DNA from: Eledone cirrhosa
Taxonomy: Eukaryota
Direction: 5' to 3'
NCBI GenBank assembly: GCA_964016885.1
Contig: OZ024746.1
Span: 33,914,001 to 33,978,000 of the forward strand
DNA length: 64,000 nucleotides
Position numbers and translations under genes: made by a program. Positions 43,820 through 55,290 of this stretch are shown here, one piece after another (within the stretch, counting starts at the first letter, position 1; each line of letters starts with the position of its first letter). The notes below the pieces were generated by a model. It was not told where the DNA came from and did no database searches. It was given only the letters and a program-made list of their open reading frames with translations.

Positions 43820-43992
43820 ATATTAATAAATTGAAAGTATATTTATAAAACCATATTTACTTTATTATACATATTTCAAGGGCAACCAAGGCAAATTCTG
43901 GTGCGCTTTCATCCGATAAAATATAGATTTGTTTTATAAATAAATATTGACATACCCGGAAAAAAAGCCAACCTCAACGGTTGGAGCTTCCT
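43814..43992 (-). mobile_element. short hammerhead-bearing element; mutated ribozyme at 43858-43923
   Basis: TATTTTAT-CGGATGA-AAGcGCACCA..TGGTtGCcCTT-GAAA-TATGTA-TA-ATAAAGTA, flanked by (TA)n. Confidence 0.7.
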
Positions 43993-44007
43993 TATATATA
44001 TATATAT

Positions 44008-44100
<93 letters not shown>

Positions 44101-44347
44101 TATATATATAAATGGGATAAAGGTTATCGTTATAGGTAACCGAGTTAGAGGTTGTGAGTACTCTGTATTGTGGATAGTTTTAACGAACGGGTTTTGTTCT
44201 GAGGATTTGATCAAAGGTAAATACTGTATTGAAGGCCGAGTGACGCAACTTCAAGTGATTAGCGGCCTTTAGACTCACCTTCAAGTATTGTTAATACTTG
44301 AAAAAAAGCCCCTTGTTGTAGAGCCGGCCATGTTATTCTTTAATCTT

Positions 44348-44384
<37 letters not shown>

Positions 44385-44387
<3 letters not shown>

Positions 44388-44711
44388 TTCAAAATATTAA
44401 TAAATATAGACATTCACGTAATCAAAATATATTTTATTATATATATTTCAGAAGGACTGTGGTGTTTTTTCAGTACGTCCTCATTAGATAAAATATTTAA
44501 ATTGATGTATGACATACCTCAACTATGCTGATGGTTCAATTCCAGTCTTGGCAGTGATTAATTACAACAAAACTCAATATTTATATACCATAAGTACTAA
44601 CATGACAAACTAAATATAATGGAGAGGGTGAGTAGGAGAAAGTGTAGACAAAATAATAAAATATAGTAAAACTATATTCATTGTTTAATCAATGAACCTT
44701 GTTTAACTTTT

Positions 44712-44712
<1 letters not shown>
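44385..44712 (-). mobile_element. hammerhead-bearing element (family of 38245-38522); mutated ribozyme at 44430-44495
   Basis: TATTTTAT-CTAATGA-GGACGTACTG...CAGTCCTTCT-GAAA-TATATA-TA-ATAAAATA, flanked by (TA)n. Confidence 0.75.
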
Positions 44713-44787
<75 letters not shown>

Positions 44788-44865
44788 TATACGTTATTCC
44801 GGGTTGAATCGGAGGTAACCACAGTAAGTAAGGTAATCAATACATAGCAGAGTATAACATTTTTA

Positions 44866-44981
44866 ATATAGATGAGATTATACAGGACTAGAACTGTTTC
44901 ATTCTTCAGAAATCATCATGAATCATCAGGAATCCTGATGATTTCTGAAGAATGAAACAGTTCTAGTCCTGTAGAATCTCA

Positions 44982-44988
<7 letters not shown>
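44866..44988. repeat. 53-bp inverted repeat whose arms carry a hammerhead core (+ strand 44935-44973)
   Basis: Arms are 44866-44918 and 44936-44988. The right arm reads CTGATGA-tTTCT ga AGAAt-GAAA-cagttctag-TC. Confidence 0.8.
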
Positions 44989-45029
<41 letters not shown>

Positions 45030-45657
45030 TATTAGGTCGACTTTGCTTGGACTCAGCCAAAGCTTCGATTTTACTAAACTTCCACATGTATTGTTTTCTC
45101 CTAGATTTAATAATTAACTAATTAATTTAATTAGACAACTCTTTTGATTGGTTAATTATTTGTGTTTGTTTAATAACATCTGGTTCAGAGCTGTTATTCG
45201 GAATGTTGAGCGGAAATATGTTTTCCTTTGTTAACACTTTGAATCTACCCGCCAAAAAGCGGGGGTTGCTCCCCTTGATGGAAATAATACGTGACAACGA
45301 AATGTTTGAAGGCTGTCTATTGTGGCGGTCGCATTTAGTTTCTTTACACGAGTTTGAGGCAAAAGAAGGGAATGCCTGTTGATGAAATGAATCCCCTGTT
45401 CGATCATGGAATACAACAACCTTACGTGTTACGTAAGTTGGATATATGATTTCGAATTCATAGAAACATTTCGGACGTATTGCAGAATATCGTCCGATCT
45501 GTCCAGGTCTGTTTTTAACCTGATTAGTACTTTCGTTACTTTGGTATGATATGGTTGGGTTTAGCCTACCACAATTTCAATTTGTGAAGCTATTTAAACG
45601 TATGTAATTACTCTAAGGACCTACTCTTATTGAGTGCTTTGCTACTCATTCCTTCGA

Positions 45658-45721
<64 letters not shown>

Positions 45722-46165
45722 CATGGAAAGTTATATTTAAATTGTTGGGTTACAACTAGTAAATATTTATAACTGATATAAAAGCACTCAACAAGTATTT
45801 GGAGTATATTTACGATATTAAATAAATGGAAACTATATTTATAAAACCATATTTATTTCATTATATATATTTCAGGGATATCATATTAACATTATGCTAT
45901 GCCTTCCTCAGACAAAATATAATATAGACAGTTTTATAGATAAATAGATTTGACATACCGTTCAACATCGACTTGTATTTGAAAATCAACTTTTCAAATA
46001 CAAGTCGATGTTGAACGGTATGTCAAATCTATTTATCTATAAAACTGTCTATATTATATTTTGTCTGAGGAAGGCATAGCATATTGTTAATATGATATCC
46101 CTGAAATATATATAATGAAATAAATATGGTTTTATAAATATAGTTTCCATTTATTTAATATCGTA
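45722..46165. mobile_element. hammerhead-bearing fold-back element with 175-bp arms
   Basis: 45811-45985 and 45991-46165 are reverse complements (one mismatch seen) around a TCAAC spacer. Flanked by (TA)n. Confidence 0.92.
46057..46122 (+). ncRNA. type I hammerhead ribozyme (mirror copy on minus strand at 45854-45919)
   Basis: TATTTTGT-CTGAGGA-AGGcATAgCATATT gtt AATATGaTATcCCT-GAAA-TATATA-TA-ATGAAATA. Confidence 0.8.
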
Positions 46166-47901
46166 TATATATATATATATGCATATATATGCGTGTGTGA
46201 GTGTGTGTGTGATCAAGTGTGTATGCGCCTGCGAGTGTTTTATGTATTTCTCCTATAATGTTCAGTTTATAACATTGCATTATGCATACATATATGTACA
46301 AGCACATATATGTTAATTTATAGATTCCTACGGTCACTCTTTCGTTTAGCGAGAACACCAGCGATCTGAAAGTTCTAAATTGAACATCAGCATATTACTT
46401 GAAGTCTTGTATAATGCCTTTGATCTATTATGCTATCAAATTAACCCGTTTATAGTCTAACAGCTGGGTGAAATGAAACTTGCTCTGGTGTCTTAGTATA
46501 TCTAGCTGCATATGCAGGCATATACTTTGCACTAAAAATTCACAATGTTACTCGTTTCTCAGCACATGCACACATGCAACGATGCATACATACACAGTTA
46601 TTCATAGCTACACAAACACACGCTCGCGTATCTATATAACATTTCCATTTGTTTTGCGAATCTCTTGTGAAAGTTTGTTTTGCACATATAGCAATACTTA
46701 GGAAGGACCATGCTGTCGATAAATTTCAACGCACCGATTCAGATTCAATTCGAATTGATTTATTTGTCTGTTTGTTTAGCACCCAAATACATATGAAATT
46801 GCCAGACTTTTCGTGACCTTCTTCATTAATATTTTACGCCACCTGTCTCCTCGTGTAGACGTTGTTCGAACTAATACATATTTCTTCCTCTTTCTCATAC
46901 ATGTATGGTGGTGGACACATGCATATGTGTATGTGCACATACCTGTGTTCATATGTCTGCGTGTGTGAATGTACCGCTCCAGCCGTTTCAACAGCTAGAT
47001 CCGAAAATATATATATATATATATATAATCTAATGTCTTCGCCAAAGATGAGGCCCAATTCCGTAATTAAACTATAAAATCATATATATCTTTCGAAGCA
47101 CTATTAAATAATTAACGCTTTGTCCATCTTTTCTATTCGTCAATACGTTTGCTTATACATGTCAATTTAATCAGGATCTATTTGCTTTCCTATGAATTTG
47201 CTAAATAACATCTGTTGTGCCTATTCCCCCTGCTGTGGGAATTGGAGTCATATATTTCACGTGTATTACTTTATATCTTTATAGACATATTAATTCTATG
47301 TCGTAGATCTCAACTATGCTTATATCAATGTATATAGAACCTAAGCTGAATGCCATACTACACAGACCCTTCTCTCTATTTTACTTTCATACCAGTTCAT
47401 CTTGTACTATGCATCTGTCCCAGAGAATACGTACAGACAGAACAGAATTTCATTCCAAACAATGACATTGGTCCTACGTCCTGTTCATTTAATACGACAC
47501 ATTCTTTGAATGTTTTCAAATATCATCATATTTTCTGGATTTTACAACTATTTTTCGAACAGAAACGTCACATGTCCTAGTTATGTTTTAGCAAATCGGT
47601 GTTATAATACGTCGGTCTAATTTTACCAATGCCACTTTTATTGTTGCAGCTTACTTGCAAATCTTAACTTTTATCAAAAATATTCCGAAATATACACTCC
47701 AAAATATCAAATTCACTGTTATATTTACGTTGTCTTTTCTTTGTATAATTAGTATTTATATGGTTTACCTTCGCATGAAATCCTCATGGTATAGTTTCCT
47801 TATATTTACTAAGATTTCATATGCAGATTTGTAAATATATTATCGGAGAATTGAAATCACTACATATCAAATTGTTTATATATATATATATATATATATA
47901 T

Positions 47902-48677
47902 ATGGAAAAGAAAGAAACGAAATTTCATTTCTCACTCTTAGTACGGCTGATACCTAAATATAAGTATGTATACGTATATACATATATGTGTACAGACGTA
48001 CATTAGTATGTATATATATACATACATGCACACATATATATATGTCCGTATGGGTTTACCGAACATTTATTATAATGTTCGGTTTGTTTATAAGCAAACA
48101 GCCCGAATTACGCCTTACAGTGTTCGGCAACCATCGTCGCCATTTTGTCCAACACTGACACAGGAATGATGTACTACTTTCAAGCTTATTAGCTATCATC
48201 AGCATCGTATATCTTCCTGTCAGATGATTGAACGTTTGGAAGTATATACTTTCCTTATGCATATTAACGGCTGAACAGCCTAATTTGCATATCGAGTGAG
48301 TTAGTCGGCCGTGCGCACCGAAAACGGGAAATGGAAAAGAATGAAACGAAATTACTTTTCTCACAATTGGTACGGCTGATACCTAAATATAAGTATGTTT
48401 ACGTACATAAATATATGTGTACAGACGTACAGAAGTATGTATACATACATGCACAAATATATATATATGTACGTATGGGTTTAACGAACATTTATTATAA
48501 TGTTCGGTTTGTTTGTAAATGGAAAAGAATGAAACGAAATTTCATTTCTCACTCTTAGTTCCTGTGTCAGTGTTGAACAAAAGGGCGACGATGATTGCAG
48601 AACACTGTACAGCGTAATTCGGGCTGTTTGTTTACGAACAAACAGAACATTATAATAAATGTTCGGTAAACCCATAC

Positions 48678-48714
<37 letters not shown>

Positions 48715-49210
48715 CATGTATGTATATATATATACATACTACTTTGACGTCTGTACACATATATGTATGTACGTATACATACTTATATTTAGGTATCAGC
48801 AGTAGTATGAGTGAGAAATGAAATTTCGTTACATTCTTTTCCATTTATCGTTTTTGGTGCGCCCGGCCGACTAACTCACTCGATATGCAAAATAGGCTGT
48901 TCAGCCGTTAATATGCATAGGGAATGTATATACTTTCAAACGTTCAATTATCTGACAGGAAGGTATACGATGGTGACGATAGCTAATAAGCTTGAAACAA
49001 GTACATCGTTCCTGTGTCAGTGTTGAACAAAAGGGGGACGATGGTTGCCGAACACTGTACGGCGTAGTTCGGGCTGTTTATTTACTAACAAACCGAACAT
49101 TCTAATAAATGTCCGTTAAACTCATACGTACATATATATATGTGTGCATGTATGTATATATATACATACTACTGTACATCTGTACACATATATGTATGTA
49201 CGTATACATA

Positions 49211-49213
<3 letters not shown>
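47902..49213. mobile_element. ~430-bp tandem and inverted non-coding repeat with one hammerhead per monomer (retrozyme-like)
   Basis: Monomer starts at 47902, 48331 and 48519; orientation is inverted from 48558 to 49213. Hammerheads lie at 48166-48208 (-) and 48967-49009 (+). Confidence 0.8.
48166..48208 (-). ncRNA. type I minimal hammerhead ribozyme
   Basis: ACGATG-CTGATGA-tAGCT aata AGCTt-GAAA-gtag-TA-CATCAT. The second copy at 48967-49009 reads ACGATG-GTGACGA-...-GAAA-CaaG-TA-CATCGT. Confidence 0.75.
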
Positions 49214-49255
<42 letters not shown>

Positions 49256-49447
49256 ACTTGGGGAGAGTCATATTTGTGTAATAATATTGCCAGAATTAAT
49301 AACATAACACACTCACTGCCTGGGTGGTTTTCGCTTCTGTGTCTTTTATATCGGTTAATTTAATTTATTCGGTCCTCAATGTTGCCATTGACTGACCAAC
49401 GGTGAAAAATACAGATACAATATAGACACAAACACATATATATATTC

Positions 49448-49491
49448 TATTAAAGTTCTTTCGTTGCACATCTGCAACATCGTCAGTGTTG
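49448..49491 (-). ncRNA. hammerhead motif in the PLE 3' pseudo-LTR, stem I decayed
   Basis: CTGACGA-tGTTGCA gatg TGCAAC-GAAA-GAAC-TT. Confidence 0.6.
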
Positions 49492-49726
49492 CTATTATGT
49501 TTCCTCCCGTTGCATTGTATGCTTACGCCATCTTTATTTAGTCTTTTTATTTATTTATTTGTTTTTTGTTGTCTTCTCTGGGCATGCGTTTGCGTCGGGT
49601 GTTTTGTTTTATGTGTGTTCTTGTTTGGGTGACTGTGTATTGGTTAATGTATTCTATCTTAGTTTACTAGTGTGTGTTTATATGTGTTTGTTGTTATTGT
49701 GCTTGTGTATGTATTTATTTATTTAT

Positions 49727-50888
49727 TTATACTTCTCTTAGGTCAGTGTTGTTTGTTTGGGTGATGTTGTTATTCCATTCATTTTTTCTGTTTAGCCTTG
49801 GCCTTCTGAGTTCTATTTCGCTTGCCTCTCTGATTTGCCTATCTGCTGGGACATCTCTATGTTTAGATACTATTCTAACTTCTATGTTGTCTATGTTACC
49901 GTTGTGTTGTTGTCTGGCATATTCGTATAGTACTGAACCGTTTTTTCGTCCATTTAGTTCCCCCAGTGTTGCTCTATCCTTTCACCTATGCTACAGGCTG
50001 TCTCGCCGATGTATGTTGTTGTCATGCTTCTGCAAGTACCCTCTGTACATGTTATGCTATAGACTACGTTTCTAATTTTATAGTTTATCCGGGGGTTTAC
50101 TCTACATATAATACATTTCATATTAGTACAGTGGGTTTTCTTAAAAGGGTAGGTTTTGCTGATCAGGGATTTTATGGTGGTTCCTGGCTTTTCTACCACC
50201 TTAATCTTTAAGTGGGTCTTTCTCAGGGCCTTTCTACACTGGTTGGCTAATTTCTCTCCAGGGGTAGCGTCCACAAACATGACACTCTGGTATCTCTGAT
50301 TGCCGTACCATGAGGTGGCTTTCCCTATCTCATGTCTAGTCATATCTAAGCTATTCCATGATTTGCTCCTGTATAATGGGCAAATTCCTTTCATGTCCAG
50401 TTCGATGAGGGTCTTATACTTCTCCGTGGTTCCTTCGTATACTCTGATTCTGTCTCTTTGGTTGTAGCCAGAGAACTGCATGCGGTTGATGAAGTGTTGG
50501 ATGTGTCTTTCCATTTCTGTTGGGTCGCACATGCGGGACACTTTCTTCATCAGTCGTACCAATTCTGCGATCAGAATATTAAACTTAGCACTACTGGACA
50601 TTGCTGAGTTTTTGAGTATCAGGTATTTGGAGGCCATGGGTTTAGCATAGTGTGAGTAGAGAATGTGGCCTATCTCGTCTATAGTGTTAATCCAGATTTC
50701 CGTGTCTAATACAGGTAGTTTATTGTTAGGGTGTTTGGAAGGGTAGTCGAGAGTTACAGTTATACTCTGGTGTATGGAATTAACTATCTGCTGGATGCTT
50801 TCCATTGTGCTACGTTCTAAATCAAACTTGTTAGTGCTCCATTGTGGGGATGTCCTTATTACTATGCTGATGTCGTCTACGTAACAAG
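49727..50888 (-). pseudogene. Penelope-like RT (from YVDD), thumb, Cys-rich linker and GIY-YIG endonuclease; one frameshift near 49958
   Basis: YVDD, LPVLD, LVRLM...FSGY, HCTNMKCIIC and NVVYSITC...YIGETACSIGERIEQH. After the frameshift it reads ...RQIREASEI...LNRKNEW to a stop at 49727. Confidence 0.92.
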
Positions 50889-51156
50889 AGTATATTAAAG
50901 AACTTTGATAGACTATATATATGTGTTTGTATCTATATTGTATCTGTACGTTTGACCGTTGGTCAGTCAATGGCAACATTGAGGACCGAATAAATTAAAT
51001 TAACCGATATGAAAGAGACAGAAGTGAAAACCAACCAAACAGTGAGTGTGTTCTGTTATTAATTCTGGCAATCAATATTATTACACAAATATGACCCTCC
51101 TCAATTATAACAATATTTGTTTCGACACACAATTTCATATCGAAAACTTCGCAAAC

Positions 51157-51192
<36 letters not shown>

Positions 51193-51198
51193 CGACTC

Positions 51199-51373
51199 TT
51201 GTAGACTGACATTGTACAGAAACATGTTAAGGAACGAAATCTCAACAAATTATCTCCTACTAACCAATTCTTCCTGCCTATTCACCTATTCATTCCTGTT
51301 AGAATTGGTTAGTAGGAGAATATTTGTTGAGATTTCGTTCCTTAACATCTTTCTGTACAATATCAGTCTACAA
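51199..51373. repeat. inverted repeat, 73-bp arms and 29-bp spacer
   Basis: 51199-51271 versus 51301-51373, with few mismatches. Confidence 0.92.
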
Positions 51374-53099
51374 CCGTTGGCGTTGTAGTCCAAGGGATAA
51401 TCGTAAGCGTTCCATAAAGATATTGCACTGCATCAGAAAGAGGAAACATGTTTTATACTCCAAAGTGAGGTGACTTCATTTTTGCAATAAGAACCACTTA
51501 CTGCTAACTGCCTTGCTTTGCTTTGGTAACGAGCTTTTTCCGGCTTGGATTCACAGGATCAAATATCTCCTCCCTAAACATCTGGTGTAATTTATGTTTC
51601 CTGTTTTTTAGCTGGTTTTATTATTAATCTTCAAATCTACCATATACGCGTTATGCAAAATCTGTATCCCCAAACGTCTGATGTAATATGTATTATAAAA
51701 TGTTTATTATTCTAAAATTTGCCATTCATACTTACGGTGGTGATGGAATAAAGTACTAGTCTCGCACTGGGGTCGATTTAATCGAGTTCCCTCCCCTAAA
51801 ATGGATGTCCTTTTGCCTAAATCAGAAAATATTATTCTAAATTATATTCATTATCCTAGTTACTTATCTCTATAACAGTTATTTTCTTCTCATCCAAATA
51901 CTCTGTATTAATTTGTTTTCTATATAAAGCTAAACTTTTCGTATCTCTATCACAATTAGATTAATTGGATTTTCTACACAACCCAACAATCTTTCACACA
52001 GATGTATTGAAACCTATTTATAATTATATATTATGCAATGAACGAAACACGTTCAGTGTATAAACACTTCCCTTATCTACAAATGTCTCAAAATTACGCG
52101 ATAATTTATAATGGAAGAGAGGAAAATATATTTCTAGATACTCTATCTAAAATAATATACTAATACAAATACGAATTACATTGTGAAAGAGTAGCTTATA
52201 GAAGGAATAATTAAGTATGCGATTTTAGATGTAACGACCTAATTGTATATCTACACCTATATGCTATACTCTATAAATTCCATGATTTTCTTTTCCATCT
52301 AATATTCATGTTTAAAAATAGCAAATAAACGTGTATTATTGCTATAGTGCAGAGTAATAAAATCCAAAATGAATTAATCAAATTCATACAATATATTGAT
52401 TTTTTTCTAAAGTTTAATTTAAGAAATGCAACATAGCACATACGAACCATTGCCAATAATTAACTCTTTATTCAAGTATTTATAGCTCATGTTATGTCTA
52501 TTCTTTTACGAAATTCTCCTAGGCTTTTAACTTCATTTGTCTTTGAGATTAAAAATGGTTTTAATATACTATTAGATAAAGTAACATCATCAACTAGGGC
52601 TATTCGGAAACGGGGAAATTTCTCCGAGTTAAAAACTACTTGGAGTGTAAAATATGAAAAGAAGCACCACAAAAAGCATGTTCCCATATAAACGTACTAG
52701 AGAGGAGGAACGAATACAATAAAGTATTCTATCCGACATTCTAACGACTCTGCCAATTCGCTGAATGGGTAAATATCTATACATCGATTTTGAATCTCGC
52801 ACTCGAAGAAAAAGAATGTACTGTATAACGAGAAAACAATGAAATACACAACAATCAGATATCATATCCTCGATAACATTCATCATCAAAAAATGTATTT
52901 AAAACAATTTATAGATAATATATTGAACATTAACATATTTGCCCCCGTGATGTTTCCACAGAGGCAACGATATTCATATTCAATTAGTCAATATTTTATT
53001 TATTTATAATTATTATTCATTTTAACATGTGTTTCGATAAAAAAAATCATTTAGCAAATTAAGTCTGAATTGTTGTGTAATGAATGTACCGGAGTGTAT

Positions 53100-53240
53100 A
53101 TCTTCTTCTTCTTCTTCTTCTTCTTCTTCTTCTTCTTCTTCTTCTTCTTCTTCTTCTTCTTCTTCTTCTTCTTCTTCTTCTTCTTCTTCTTCTTCTTCAT
53201 CTTCTTCTTCTTCTTCTTCTTCTTCTTCTTCTTCTTCTTC
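53100..53240. repeat. (CTT)n microsatellite
   Basis: About 46 units; the poly-K, poly-F and poly-L ORFs are artefacts. Confidence 0.97.
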
Positions 53241-53289
53241 CAGCGGAACCTCATACTAGAAACTATCTCCAAATGATCCGTCTGCATAA

Positions 53290-53720
53290 CCCGGTGACAA
53301 AGGTTGCGCATATGGATGTCGCTTGGGGTCTAACTCCAGGTCTTCTGCCAGTTGCTTTTGCCAGACGCGAGACGATAAAAGCTTTAATTAGAGAAAATAT
53401 TCTTTGGTTGACTCGTATGGGCCATGTGGCCTGTATATCTGGAAAGCTACTTAAGCAATGACTATGGAGAATGATAAACCAACTTTCCAAAAGAGGAGAC
53501 AGAAGATATTGATCCAATTACAGAGTGATTTCCATGTTTAGCCTCACCGGTAAACTCTATGCTTAGTCTCTGGCAAACAGATGTAGGTAGATTTTCGAGT
53601 CTAAATTAGCTGCTGAACGGTAGTTTGTGCCCCTACTGCAACGCAGCGGTCAAAATATATACACTGCAACAGGTCTTTGAGAAATCGTAGGAATACTGCC
53701 AGGTTATATATTATTGCTTT
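53290..53720 (+). mobile_element. RTE LINE RT N-terminal fragment
   Basis: KRGDRRY*SNYRVISMFSLTGKLYA*SLANRCR*IFESKL matches the KKGD...NYRGISLLS..GK.YA motif. Confidence 0.8.
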
Positions 53721-53901
53721 AAATGGAGTATTCATATATGTATATATATATAGTAATAATAATAAATTTGAAGACTAAAATCCAAAGAGGATTCGATAAT
53801 GGTAAATATATATCAAATATATAAGAACCCTAGAGCAATATTATACGTATTTATGTGTGTATATTTATATACGTTTATATAATTATATGTATACACACAC
53901 A

Positions 53902-53938
<37 letters not shown>

Positions 53939-54659
53939 GGATTACGGACAGGTCAAACGGGAAGAAAGGGGAGGAGGAGAGGTAGTGACAGAGAAAGAGT
54001 GAGTGAAAGGTGAGGAAGAGGCTAACAGAGAGAGAGAGACTGCTAGAAAGGGAGTGTAACGCACAGTTATTGTAGATTCACCCGGCTGAACATTCGATGC
54101 ATAGTTTCCAGCCTCTAAAGAGGTAAATATAGTAAAAAGGGACGATTTGTTATGTCTTCCTTACCTTTATTGAGTAGTGACGCGCTTTTTCGTTATTGAT
54201 CAGCTCAAGGTTATATAAACTGTATCGATCCAGCCCATCTCTGGAATCAAATGGTCGTTGGACCTCTGCTGTGGTAATGACAGAATGAACCTATAAAGCT
54301 TAGAAAGGTCTATAATGATTCACATTTAGTTATAGTAGACATTTACTGTTGTTTTGATTGGATGTTTGCTATAAGGAATATGTTGGTACATTTAAAAGGT
54401 ACTTCATGACAGGGGTATTGATTATGTCTGCAATGTTGTTCCTCCAGGTGAATTAGTACACCACTCTCCATGTTCTGGGTTTAGGTGCCCTTGTAATTGC
54501 AATCAGACAGGGACAACCTTTGGAGTCAAACCCCCTTAACCGGATGGCAAATGAAAGATGTGACTCCTGGGGAGAGAATGGTATGAATTGCTTACAAATA
54601 CACGATAATAATGCTTATTTGAAGGCGAAATGTCAGCTTTCTGAAGGTCATGATACATA

Positions 54660-55290
54660 CATATATATTTCAAGGCCTGACCCAGTTTCTCGAAACGAAA
54701 GAGAGCAAATGAGATTATTTTTTCAACATTGTAGTCCACACAACTATTCCATCGATGTTGCAATGCTTGTATAGCATTGATGAAAAGGCTTTCCTCAACT
54801 CCAGATATGACATCATCATTCCTGCTATACTGGTTCCCAGCTAAGTATAGGGGAACTGATTGTAGTCAGATGAGGCCAACGTAGGAGAATAGAGGGTGTA
54901 ATTAACAAAATCAACGCCATATTTACGCACTGCAGCCATTGAAGCCAATAAACCTTGTGCTGGAGGATTGTCCTAATGAAACAAAATCCCTTTCGTCAGA
55001 TTTCCTGGGTGTTTGGCCTTCAAATAAGTTCGTAACTGTTGCCCTTTTGAATGTAGTCAATAAGCCCAGTACGTTTTGCATCCCATAGAAACTGAGGCTA
55101 TAACCATCCCTGTAGAGAAAAGGCCTTGGTCTTCTTTGGAGTAAGTTAAGAGGTGTGTTTCTACTGCATGCATTGTATAATTGCCTCTGGATCAAATTAT
55201 GAACCCAGTTAGGAAATGTTCAAGGAAACCAATTAGATTTGCCTCAAACAATGTCAAAGTTTACCGTGATGTGATCTGCCTCTTATGCTT
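54660..55290 (-). mobile_element. mariner (Tc1/mariner DD34D) transposase pseudogene remnant
   Basis: Minus strand: DPE..Q.MQ*KH..TPKK.K, GMVIASV.WDAK..LIDYIQKG, KHPGNLTKGILFH*DNPPA, YSPTLASSDYNQFP (the YSPDLAPSDY motif) and ALQHRWNSCV..VEK. Confidence 0.9.

Larger units (their letters stand above)
49252..51155 (-). mobile_element. 5'-truncated Penelope-like element (Neptune-type) with a 3' pseudo-LTR and an inverted pseudo-LTR at the truncation
   Basis: RT-GIY-YIG coding remnant on the minus strand. 49252-49462 and 50897-51105 are inverted copies. A hammerhead-like motif lies at 49448-49491, and both ends abut (TA)n. Confidence 0.9.
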
